From Diplonema japonicum (Eukaryota; Protista; Euglenozoa: Diplonemea): a stretch of 64,000 nt of DNA. Positions 1 to 11,100 of the stretch are shown here, piece after piece. The first letter of the stretch is position 1. Each line of letters starts with the position of its first letter. Made by a program: the position numbers and the translations under genes. The stretch lies in assembly GCA_964019335.1 (NCBI GenBank), contig OZ025663.1:558001-622000 (forward strand), in the 5' to 3' direction. The notes below the pieces were generated by a model that made no database searches, was not told the DNA's origin, and worked only from the letters and a program-made list of their open reading frames with translations.

Positions 1-1
1 A

Positions 2-688
2 GTGAACCTCGTGGAGCTGGAGGATAAGAACATCTTTTTGCGACCGGTGTTTTACAACCTGCTGGGGAACAAGGCTGTGTTTGACTCAATCGAGAATGCC
101 CGATCGTGGCGCCAGTCGCTCTTAAGCAGGGGGAGCAAGGTCCCGCACATCACCTGTCTCGATGGAGAAAAGATGGAACAAAACGGAATTGAATGGGCAG
201 GACAACAACATGCGGATGCTGGGTTCAGATTCGGTGCGATGCCCGCATGTACGACTGACAAGTACAAGAGCGTCCAAAGGCTGCACAACTTGCTAGAGAC
301 GTATGCTGAGCTGCAGGTGGAGAGGAAGGAGGAAAAGGCAAAGAGAGCGTCTGTTGATCCCAAAGGGGAAGAACCACAACTGCGAGCCAAGCTTGCAGAG
401 GTTTGCACCATGATTAAAGGCATGAACAAGCTAATGGACACACCGATAGAAAAGGTCACTACATCTGGAATCGAAACGTTCATGAATGAAGCGATTCCCC
501 AAACCTCGCAAGCACCGCAAGTCTCCGGTAAGAAGCGTCGTGCACCTTCTCCTTCCTTTGCGGACTCTGAGTCCGAACCTTCGGACACAATTCAGGACGC
601 TGACGATCCTGTCCTCATACAACCCAGAGACCCCCTCCCGTCTCAAACTGTCCCAGTCAGCAGGCACAAGAAGAAGAAGCGAAATTGA
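2..688 (+). CDS. C-terminal part (5'-truncated by window) of an SMC-hinge protein resembling SMCHD1/GMI1/DMS3
   Basis: LRPVFYNLLGNKAVFDSIENARSWRQ...PHITCLDGEKMEQNG resembles the second half of the SMCHD1/DMS3 hinge (FxxLLGxTxxxD..L..A..YR...T.DG.....G). It is followed by a coiled coil and a basic NLS-like tail (KKRR, RHKKKKRN). Confidence 0.55.
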   Translation: MNLVELEDKNIFLRPVFYNLLGNKAVFDSIENARSWRQSLLSRGSKVPHITCLDGEKMEQNGIEWAGQQHADAGFRFGAMPACTTDKYKSVQRLHNLLETYAELQVERKEEKAKRASVDPKGEEPQLRAKLAEVCTMIKGMNKLMDTPIEKVTTSGIETFMNEAIPQTSQAPQVSGKKRRAPSPSFADSESEPSDTIQDADDPVLIQPRDPLPSQTVPVSRHKKKKRN

Positions 689-960
689 GTACTCCCTCTT
701 GCATTTTTTGTTCTCCCATCCCTCGTCTAATGGGTATTGGGAAAACAGAAAAAAAAAAAAAAAAAAAAAGAATCAGAAGGAAAGAAAAAAAGAGGGTGAC
801 ACTAGTGAATAGGCTCAGCTATCGAGATCACGGTGAATATATCTCATTATATTCCCCCCCTCCCCCTTTTTTTTTGTAGAATGTTTATCTCATCTTATGC
901 ATTTCCGCATCTTGAATCTCATATTCACTCTTCAAATTCATTGCAGACGAGGGCGCAAAA

Positions 961-1968
961 ATGCTTGAAGTTGTGTCCTCCTACGATGACAAGGAACGCA
1001 TACGCAGCCTCTATGACGAACATGGCGTGGTGGTGATAGAGGGTGTGCTTGGCAAAGATGAACTAGAGGGATGCAAGAAGGAAGTATGCGGAATATTAGG
1101 TATCGACATGGAAGATAAGGAAAGTTGGCCCTGGAAGGCCGGAGAAGACCGATCAGAAGATAAAGGCTTCGTCGCCAGCGAGGCGCCGTTTCGGGACGAG
1201 TGGTGCTGGAGATTGAGGGAGCACCCCAGAATCGTTGCCATCTTCAGGGACCTCTTACAAACAAATGAAATTTACAGTGAAATGGACAGGTGGGGCGTGC
1301 TACCGCCGACTAAATCCCACCCAGAATGGAAAACCTGTCAGAGCTGGCTTCATTGGGACCAACACCCATTCCACCACACAAATGACAACTGGCTTCAAGG
1401 CCTCGTCACACTGACCGATCACACGGATGAGTCAGGCGGCTTCATGTGCGTGCCTGGGTTTCAGCATTTTAAATTGTTTAAAGAGGCTTTCCCAGAAGGG
1501 GCTGCGTCAAAAGCCGTGCCTTACATGCTGCCCAAAGAACACCCTGCACAGTCCTGCGTTCAAAAGGTTCGCGCCCCTGCGGGATCCCTGCTTGTTTGGA
1601 ATTCGAAAATCGCGCATCAAAACTATCCGAACAGCAGCAACGCCTTCCGAATGGTGCACTACATCACTTTCAAGCCCCTCGCTTCCCACCCCGACCCTGA
1701 GAAGCGCAAGCTCGCCGTTACCAGGGCACATATGGCAGGCTACCGTGGTGACTACTACCCAACACAGGTAACTCCTTTAGGGCATGAAACTCTCCTGCTC
1801 ACACCTCCCTTCCCTTGTCTCTCTGATGCAGCGATCGCCTCTTTCGACATTATTTCCCAAGCGGGCGTCAAAGAGGCCGAGGCTGACTACGAAGCTGCAG
1901 CTAAGCTCTACAGACGTGCTTTCAAACTGAACCCCGAGCTGGAAGCTGTCTTAAACGATAATTTGTGA
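961..1968 (+). CDS. Phytanoyl-CoA dioxygenase (PhyH)-family Fe(II)/2OG dioxygenase
   Basis: HxD motif WLHWDQ, LQGLVTLTD...GGFMCVPG, distal His in AGSLLVWNSKIAHQNYPN and R in FRMVHY. Confidence 0.85.
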   Translation: MLEVVSSYDDKERIRSLYDEHGVVVIEGVLGKDELEGCKKEVCGILGIDMEDKESWPWKAGEDRSEDKGFVASEAPFRDEWCWRLREHPRIVAIFRDLLQTNEIYSEMDRWGVLPPTKSHPEWKTCQSWLHWDQHPFHHTNDNWLQGLVTLTDHTDESGGFMCVPGFQHFKLFKEAFPEGAASKAVPYMLPKEHPAQSCVQKVRAPAGSLLVWNSKIAHQNYPNSSNAFRMVHYITFKPLASHPDPEKRKLAVTRAHMAGYRGDYYPTQVTPLGHETLLLTPPFPCLSDAAIASFDIISQAGVKEAEADYEAAAKLYRRAFKLNPELEAVLNDNL

Positions 1969-2633
1969 GTTGGTGATCAGGGGGGTTTACACGGGTTTCA
2001 TGGGGAGCATTTTCCCACCAAGGTCCGTAGGACTTACCTAAATCCGAGCCTTCCTCCCCCCCTCCCCCCTTCAGCCATCCACAGAATTTACAACTTTTTT
2101 TTTAAAAAAAGAGATGGAGCGTACCTAACCTATTGCATTCCTGTGGCTCGCTTTTTTGTTTTGTTTTTTGTTTCCTCTTAACATATCTGCTTTCTTTTGT
2201 AATACGAGGGAAGAACGGAAGAAGAGGGTGTCACCACCGCTTTAAAAAGCTCGAGATTCGTGTTTTCCAAAGAAACACATTTCTGAGTCATTTTGACCAG
2301 AAGGTCGCACCCACATACCCAAAAAAATAACTTTCACCCGCATTTTGTGGTGTTCCATGTGATAATTTTGCGCGGCTGGTCCTGTTATGTGGACATGTCA
2401 TCAGAGTCATCAGAACGAGCAGCAAGCGGGTGTCCAAATTGCGATCTTGAAAGGTGTCAGTGCGCAGCTGCGCCCTCTTGCGTACAGCGTAAATCTGTGT
2501 ATATTCGTCCTTGGCACTTTCCACTGTCAATGTACTAAGAAAAAAGATCACCTGGGTGGGGAGGGGGGAGACAAAACAGAACAAAAGAAAAGAAAAAAGG
2601 AAAAAAGAGGGGGGTTAAAAAAGAAAGAAGAAA

Positions 2634-3713
2634 ATGCAGTTGGAGCTTGCTTTGGATGGCGGTCTGACGAAACTGTTTGACGAGAGCAAAGGGGACACAG
2701 GGGTCAGGTGGGTGAAGGTTGTGATTAAGGACGAGAAACTTGTGGCCGACGGAACAGGGAAGAGCTCCGACAAGCCCAACGACGACATGAAGGCACTTGC
2801 GGCCAAGATGGCCTCCGAGGACGACTGCTTCTACGGAGTGGTGAGGGGCACAGACGAGTGCGAGTGGATTGTGCTGGCGTACATCCCAGACACATCGAAG
2901 GTACCTCCCCTACACACACACAACACCCTACACACAGGTCAAGTTGAGGATGCAGTATGCAAGCACACTGATCCACCTCAGGAAGACCCTGGGCCCTAAG
3001 GTGATCGGAGATGTGCGTGTTACAACAAAGGATGAGGTATGTTATATCTTTAAGAAAACAAACAAACAAAAAAGGTGAACTGGGAGGCGATCCAAGAAGC
3101 TGTCGACAAAAAGAAAGGAAGAGTGGACAACACCGACACGATGACAGGAGCAGAGAAGGAGAACGCGGAGCAGGAGACAGTGGCGTACAAGGAGGCGGTG
3201 GAGTCCTTCAAGGGGAGGGGCGGGGGCGGCGGTGCCCATACCATTAAGTTCCCATTGGACGACGCTGCAAAGGAAGGGATGGCCAAGGTGGGGAAGGGAG
3301 AGGCCAAGGCCGTTGTTGTGAAGAACGAGAACGAGAAACTCGTTGTTGACAAGATCTTCGAGAGTGGTGACCTTGCTGAGGTGGTGAAGTCCCTTGGTGA
3401 CGAGTCGAGGTTCATCGTCGTTACCCATGAACACGAAGGCAAAAAGGTCTGCGTGTTTATATACTATGCATCAGACACCTGCCCCTTCAAGAAGCGGATG
3501 CAGTACGCAGCCAGCAAGGCAGCCGTTGTGGAATATGCAACAGAGGCAGGCTGTGACATTGCGAAATCTTCTGAATACACTTGCAAAGAAGAGATTACTG
3601 ACGCCGCACTTACAGAGTCCCTCGCCCCTGTGGAGACCGAGGCAGAGCCGGAAGAGAGAAAGTCTAAGCCCAAGGCACCTGGTAGGGGCGGCATGAGGAT
3701 GCTTATTGCGTGA
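2634..3713 (+). CDS. TWF: Twinfilin-like protein (two ADF-H domains); exons 2634-2900, 2938-3036, 3075-3713
   Basis: GT-AG introns 2901-2937 (37 nt) and 3037-3074 (38 nt) join three ORF pieces in frame, giving YIPDTSK|VKLRMQYASTLIHLRKTLG and VFIYYASDTCPFKKRMQYAASK. The tail KPKAPGRGGMRML matches the twinfilin tail. Confidence 0.8.
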
Positions 3714-3882
3714 AACAAACAAGAAAAAAAAAAAAAAGAAAGAAAAAAAAAAAAAGGATGTTTTTAGATAAACATATATTTCTCCCGTCCCCTTGGAAAA
3801 AAAAAAAAAAAATAAAATAAAATAAATAAACACACACGTTTTCATTTTTTTTTTTATTGTGGCCCTTTTCAAATTGTTCCAT

Positions 3883-3927
<45 letters not shown>

Positions 3928-3949
3928 GAGGACGGCCAAGGACCCGCTC

Positions 3950-4915
3950 ATGTCCTACAGCCTGAGACGAGTGATCGCAGGAGGGGTTCCCTACCTAAAC
4001 CCGCACGCAAATGCGAACCGAAAGAGCGTCCCACTGGCGCCTGAAGGTGACGACAACGGTGTCGACGAGGAGAACATGGGCCAGGCACCAACGACGGAGG
4101 TATCGCACACGCAAGGATTCAGATGCGACCTGTGCAAGTCACCACACCCGGACACGGTGACCTTACTCCGCCATCAGCTGTATGAGTGCGCCTGTGCACA
4201 AGAGGAACTGGCACTAGACGGAATGGAGCCGTTGCGCAACAGATCAGGATGGCCCCTATGTCTGGAGCTGCACGCGATACTGCCGAGGGGGCATGTCTTC
4301 GCACACCTGGAGAAGCTGCAGCGATACATGGCTGTGGTGGTCGGGAAACGGGATGTGGAGCTCATGCAAATAGACAACGCCAGCACACAGCCGCTGCCGT
4401 GGGTACGCGATGTGGAGGGAAGGAGATGCCTCGTGCCGACGGCGGGGGAGCTCGAAGGAGTGGGAGGAATCGTCGCAGAATTCTTGAACCCGCTGCTGCA
4501 GTGGTTGTCACAGTTACGATGGGTGAAGGAGGACACCAGCTCTGAAGTGTCAGCGGTGGAATTGGCCATCGACTTCGAATGGACGACAGGCAAGTTACTG
4601 GGAGGTCTGCTGGAAGATAGGGCTCGCAAGATCAAAGCACTGATAAGAAAGCTGAACGCGGCATGCAGAGCACGGAAGAAGCCACGCCCCTTCCCGGCGG
4701 ATGAACAGAAGAGAGTGAAGTCCCTCATCGCAATAGGTGGGAAAACGACTATGGGTTTCGCCAGGAGGCCCATCTTCGCCACCCACTCCACGCACGACAA
4801 GCTGATGGAACTGAAAGCCGCTTACAAGCGAGACCGCATCACGCGACTCCGCAAGACGCTCAAGGCCTCGATTGGAACGAAAGCAATGCTCCAGAAGGGG
4901 AGTATAAATAGATAG
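3950..4915 (+). CDS. Hypothetical protein with one C2H2/C2HC-type zinc finger
   Basis: In-frame ATG at 3950 after a poly-T tract. Motif FRCDLCKSPHPDTVTLLRHQLYEC. Confidence 0.55.
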   Translation: MSYSLRRVIAGGVPYLNPHANANRKSVPLAPEGDDNGVDEENMGQAPTTEVSHTQGFRCDLCKSPHPDTVTLLRHQLYECACAQEELALDGMEPLRNRSGWPLCLELHAILPRGHVFAHLEKLQRYMAVVVGKRDVELMQIDNASTQPLPWVRDVEGRRCLVPTAGELEGVGGIVAEFLNPLLQWLSQLRWVKEDTSSEVSAVELAIDFEWTTGKLLGGLLEDRARKIKALIRKLNAACRARKKPRPFPADEQKRVKSLIAIGGKTTMGFARRPIFATHSTHDKLMELKAAYKRDRITRLRKTLKASIGTKAMLQKGSINR

Positions 4916-5535
4916 CCCCCCCAACCCACCCAAGGGCGGCCCTCCATGAGGGGGTTTGTCCTGCACTTTGAGTTTTTTTTTTTTTGAAGACGTCTGAAGA
5001 GAAAAGAAATAGAGAAAATGATCCCTTTATAAAAGAATTAAAAAAAAAAAAAAAACAGATAGGAAAGAAAAAAAAAAGTGTTCTACAACATAGCCCTGAG
5101 CTGCACAAGAGGCTTCTTCTTTATTCTTTTCTACTTTACATCCCCCCCCCCCCCCCCTTCCTTTCTTTTGTGTTTACTTCATAAGATTAAAAAAAAAAGA
5201 AAAAGGGAAAAAGAAAAAAAAAAGGAAGACAAAAAAAAAAAAAACCACCCAACAAAACAGCGAAGATTTTTTTTTCTTCCCCTCCCCCCCCATTCGGCCC
5301 AGAACAGGGGGAAAAAAAGAAGAAAAAAAAAAGGGGGGAAAAAAAAAGAAGTACGACGACTAAGAAAAACACGTGTTATCCCTGTTTCAACGTCCCCACT
5401 AACACTACACATAACAGCGAGGGGGGGGATACAAAAAAAGAAAAAAAGGAAAAAAGATGGCAGGCGCTCCGGAATAGGCTTTTTTTCTTTTTCTTCTTTT
5501 TTTTTTTTTTCTTCTTCCAACAGAAAAAGAAGAAA

Positions 5536-7696
5536 ATGGAGATGATTTCCATAAATGATGAGAAAAAAGCGCCCTGCGAGAAAAAACCGATTTCACTGGG
5601 CCACTCGGGCGCTGAGACATGCAGGAGGGTGTTTGATCTGAGCAGTATCATCGAACCCAACGACGAAGAAGGACGGTCAGTGGGAAGCATACTTTCAACT
5701 ACTGTCACCCGTGTCACAAGGTGGTACCTGTCTTATTTTAAGATCAAAGGTGAAGACGTGCGAACCCAAATGAGCCGCGACACGATAGCACTCTCTCTAA
5801 CCATCTTCCCCTTCATCATCAGTTTGTATGCAATTCTGTTGTTGCCAACACATCACGGCACATATGCCTGGGTTAGTTTCATCGGCGTCGTTGCTATGTC
5901 AACAGCACTTCTTTTATATCTGCGAAATTCGAAAAAAGGATTGAACACGTGCCGGAATGCTTTCGCTGTAGTTTCTTCTTTCTTCTTCCTCCCATGGTGG
6001 GCTCTCCGACGGTTCACATCCAGCCACGGCGATAGTATACCATTACCTTGCATGTCCATCATCCACACACATACTATAACCATACTGCTTTTCACGTTAA
6101 GCGGTGGATCAATCGACACCGGTCTTGTCTCTGCTTATTCGATTACGATAGCACACTCCACCAGTGTTGTCGGTCTTCTCCTTTTAGAGTATTTTCTCGA
6201 TGAATGCTCGCACTCAGCCATCGTTGTCGCCGATAGTTTAATGTGTGTGACTATATATTTAAACCTCATGCTGACCATTGCCATCGTGGACTGGGTAGCA
6301 TACCTCCTCCTCCTCCTTACTCGAAGAAAGCTCGAACTGGAATCTGTCGTGGCCTCTGCCGTCGTCGACAATTGCCTTCCGAAAAGCATCTCGCACAGAA
6401 TCAATGAGCAGATCTACACCGCCATTTTAGAAGCGTCTTACTACAGACCTTCAAAGGTAGTGAGGCGGCATTTAAGAGAACAACCTGAACTCGTCGGATT
6501 CCATGTATCAGGGAATGTCGGTGTGCACCACAATGTGTCGGTTCTATTCGCGGATATATGCGGTTTCACGCAGGCGTCGGCAAAAATGTCCCCTGACGCG
6601 TTGGTGGCCGTTCTGCGTGATGTGTTCCAGGATATCGACTGGCTGTGCATCACGTACCACATTGAGAAGATAAAGACCATCGGCGACGCTTACATGGCGT
6701 GTTCAAAACTGAAAGACAGCGAGGATCCAAAACAAGGCGCGCTTTCCTTAGTCCAGTTGGGGGTCACCATCACCCAGTTGAAATCCTACCAACTAGGCGA
6801 TACAGAAGTCACCTTCCGTGTTGGTATCCACACCGGTACCATCGTATCTGGTGTCATAGGGCTCACAAAGTTCTCATTCGATGTGTGGGGCGACACAGTT
6901 AACATAGCCTCGCGGATGGAGAGCACGTCGCTTCCGGGAAAGGTTCAAGTTACACAGCAGACTTATGAGTTTACACGGGAGCACTTAACATACGTCCCCA
7001 GAACAGTAGTCATCAAGGGGTCACGGTTGCCAATGACTACGTATATCCTGGACGATGGTAAATGTATGTTATGTTGAGGAGAACACCTTTAAAAGCAAAT
7101 CCATCACAGGTGTCTCGCCTGCCTCGTCCAGCTCTTCAACGAACAGTACCCGCAAGGATGCGTGGTCGAAGTGCATGGATTCCCGCTCGTCTGACACTTC
7201 GTCCCAACGAACTTCCGTTGCTTCGCTTCCTAATAGTTTCCCAGCAAACCCCCTTGTGGTCGGCCCCTCCCTGTTCCGCCGCCCTAGCAGCGGTAACATG
7301 GGTAGCAAGGCGTCTAAAAGATCTTTGAAACATGGTAAGACAGTTGAAGTCGTGGTTCAAAACTCTTTTACATCAGGCCTTGCCACCCCTTCCCTTGCTG
7401 AAGACTTCATGTCGATGATATCCCCCAAGCGGAAGAGGGGCGAGGGGCAGCAACAGGTATACCAATGGTTGGCCTCGATGCAGTTGCAAGCCTACTCGGA
7501 TCTGTTCGAGGAACATGGCTGGTGCAGCCTTGCTGCGGTGTCTCTCATACAGCCTGAGGACTTGGACCTCATGGGCGTGCACATGGTGGGGGTGCGGAGG
7601 TGCATTCTTTCGATGGCGCAGAATCTCACCGATTTTGTGTATGGGGGGGAGAAAAAAAAAGTCCCCTCAACACCAATTGAACAGACAACCCTTTAA
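5536..7696 (+). CDS. Multi-TM class III adenylate cyclase with C-terminal SAM domain; exons 5536-7057, 7110-7696
   Basis: VSVLFADICGFT, EKIKTIGDAYM (K = ATP-specific), RVGIHTG, FDVWGDTVNIASRMES. Intron 7058-7109 (GTAAATG...CACAG, 52 nt) joins in frame to a SAM domain (VYQWLASMQLQAYSDLFEEHG...EDLDLMGV..VGVRRCIL). Confidence 0.85.
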
Positions 7697-8121
7697 GACC
7701 GGTACACCCGTGAGTAGCTCAGTGTTCACTGAACGCGGGTCGGCCAGCTCCCTGAGAGATTAAAAAGAAAAAAGAGAGAAAAAGTTAAGGGACGGCACTT
7801 CCGTGTAACTCGTCCGTGTTATTTCTTTGTTCTTTTCTTGGTATTTTTTTAGAAAGGCAACACAGCCAAAAAAGAAAGAAAGGCCGAGGCCCCAGAAGGG
7901 AGAAAGGGGTAGATAAGTAGAGACAAGGGGGACGTTCCAAAACAGGAACCTCCTTTATCTCATCTCTTTTTTTGCCCCGCTTCCACATTGATACTCTTCG
8001 TTTTCTTTTAAACCCCTGCCCCCCCCCCCCCCTTTTTTTTTCCACCCCCCTTCTCCCCGTCTTTTATCCTTCTTTATTGCTACATATTCGACACAAAAGC
8101 TCCATCGCAGAAACGGAGGAG

Positions 8122-11100
8122 ATGGAAAACATCACACAATGTCCGCAGAGTGTTACTGACCTACTGGAGGACGTATGTTTAAAGCTACAATAAAGATGAA
8201 GGGAAAGCAAACAAAATTCTCCACAGATCGAGGCAATATTGAGGGAAGAAGGCTTCCTATCTGATTACCGGATACCAACACTGGAGGACATGGAGGACGA
8301 AAATTTCTTCACGTATGGAGAGGGGCAGGGGGGGGGGGGGGGGGAAGAAATATAACAGTGTAGAGGAGATTACAGATGCGTTCAGCACGCCTGCATCGAA
8401 AGACGCGATCATGGCGTGCTTCCGGGGAAGGTACTTTTTTTTTTCTTTCTTTTTTGTGTGTGTGCAGTGACAAGTGGTGGGGTATGGATATATAAGAAGT
8501 ACAATCAGATGTGTTGTTCGCTGTTGGCCTCGTCGGTCATCAACGTAGCACCCTAGTGGACGAACATATTGCAGATTTCTCAGGGTGACGAACAGGCAGC
8601 AAACTGCAGCGCAGAATCTTGGTTACCCGAGGAGCCCCAGCTGGGGCTGATCTGCACACCGCAGCAAGGACACGACGCTTGCAGAAGAACTACAGTCTGG
8701 CCGAGGTGCGCAGGGCACCACAAACACTGGCCTCTTTTATCTTTTACCTTTTATATATTTATCTTTTCACGAAACACCACCCAAACAGGAGCGCAGTTTT
8801 CAAACCGATTTTGTCGATTTACAAATATCTTGACAAGATATGCACCATCAGTTCAGGTTCAGCTGCACCACCACCCGAGGCAGCTACTGAGGTGATCGCG
8901 GAGAACACCCCATCCTCAAGGCATATCGATATAACAATGAAACAAGCTGAGCCTGAGGAAGAAGACGACGAAGAGCCCGTTACACCCGGCAGCTGCGGAG
9001 GAGGGAGTGCCTGGTCATGTAACAACACTCCCGAGAACCCTGTATTATACGATTATACCCCAGCTTCGATGAAGGAACCTGAGGAAGACCCGCCTATTCA
9101 AGTACACCAGCCTGTTGTAACGTGCGACCCTTACAGCTACTCCTACGACAGCAAGCAGGCGACAGGCCATGTCGGGCTTCGCAACCAAGGTGCAACGTGC
9201 TATTTGAACTCTCTCATCCAAACGCTGTACCACATTGCCTACTTCCGCAATGCCATCTACAACATCAGCCTTGACTCTGACACGGACGAGGAAACGAGCA
9301 AATGCATCCCTTTCGCCCTACAGAAGCTCTTCTTGTCACTCGAAACATCTCCCGACGCACCCTCCACGAGGTTTTTGACTAAATCGTTCGGATGGAGCGG
9401 CGCCGACACTGCGACGCAGCACGACATCCAGGAGTTCATGCGCGTCCTTTGCGACAGCCTCTCAGAACGGTTGAAAAAGATAGACCCCAACCCACACATG
9501 AACTTCATCATGAAGCTCTTCAAAGGAGAGCTTGTCAGCTACGTAAGATGCACTGACATCAGTTACGAATCACGGCGAGAGGAGGAGATCTACGACATCA
9601 ACCTTGTCGTGCGGCAGACGGGCAGCATCCAGCAAGCGATGGACCTGTACGTGAAGGAGGACACGTTGGACGGTGACAACATGTACGAGGCGGAGTTCAA
9701 AGACGGGAGGAAGGAAAAGCACCCTGCGAAGAAGGGCTGCATCTTCAAGAAGCTCCCCCCTGTGCTTATGATGCACTTGAAAAGGTTTGACTTCGACTTC
9801 GAGACGCTGCGGCAGTGCAAGGTGAACGAGAAGTTCGAGTTCGATGAGGAGATCGACCTCACGTCGTATGTGGAACCCAAGCTACCGCGGGCAGGGTCGA
9901 GTCAAGGCGACGAACCGCTGCCACGTGATGGCACCAACGACTCTTTCACGTCACGAAACGGAACATTCTACCTTGAACCTGAAGAGCGGCAAATATACGT
10001 GCTGCACTCGGTGATGGTCCACAGTGGCACCATACATGGCGGGCACTACATATGCTACGTGAAGCCCGACCCGCAGAAAGGTTGGGTCAAGTTCGACGAT
10101 ACTGTCGTATCGCACGCCACCTTCGAGGAAGCTGTCAGCAACAACTACGGCGGAACCCGCACCAACGAGTACGGCTACGAGATGGAGAGCAACAGCAACG
10201 CCTATCTTCTGACGTATATTAGGAAGCAGTTCATAGAAGTCATGACGAACCCGCCATGTGCGGACCACACGAACCTTAAGGAACGCATCAGGCGGGAAGA
10301 AGAAAAAGAGGAGCAAGTGGCGCAGGAAAAGCTCGACGCACCTAACAACTACAACGTGTCCATCCTAACAGAGGAGGATGTGATCGCGCACTCCAAGACA
10401 TCGATCAAAGGAATCGGGGGGGGGAACTTCATCCCAAAGAACAGGTCGTTCAAAATACGTAAAGTAAGGACGACATCCGACCTGATAGAAGAGGTGGGCA
10501 CAGTGCTTGGAAGCCCGGCACCGCGTCTATGGCGTGTGACACCCGACCAGTACAGGTTCGACTACGAGGAGATCTTCAGCGATGACGACATCTTAACAGC
10601 GACGTTTGGGTACATCTCACCGCACGTGCAAGTCCCGAAGGACGTGATGGTGTTTGCAAGCTATTGTAAGAGAGAAGACAACAAGCCGGAGGGCATAGTA
10701 TTCGTGAAGCTGTTCGACTCCGATAAGAACGAGTTTGTCATGAAGACTCACTTCACATGTGTTGTGAACGGCACAACCTACGGGGAGGTCAGCGAGAGGA
10801 TATCCCAAGCGACTGGCGGGAAGTACATAGCAATGCACCACGAAGTCGACGACAGCAAGCTGGACCCCGTCACCAACTATAGCAAGCTAGTATTCTCAAG
10901 GGACTTGATGCAACACCATTTAGTACTACTCGTGCAAACCTGCGATACTGAAGAGGAAAGAGACATGTTATTAAGAGAAGCGGACTGTCCAGCTGGGTGC
11001 AGGCGTGCGACTGATGTGTACTTTGAAACGCTTCACAAGACGGAGCTGCGCATCCTCCCCTACCCCATGGAAGACGATGAGGTCAACGAAAGCGCCGCCT

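Noticed and set aside
2330-2435. Minus-strand CTGATGA (twice) with downstream GAAC/GAAA suggesting a hammerhead ribozyme or C/D snoRNA
   Set aside because: The stem-II-adjacent motif is GAAC, not GAAA. I could not build stems I and III, or a matching D box.
7697-7745. Hairpin with TAGCTCAGTG resembling a tRNA A-box
   Set aside because: No T arm/B-box or cloverleaf, and it is single-copy in the window.
8619-8788. N-terminal extension of the 933-aa USP ORF in the track
   Set aside because: It is read through the repeat element from a non-ATG start and lies inside a predicted intron.
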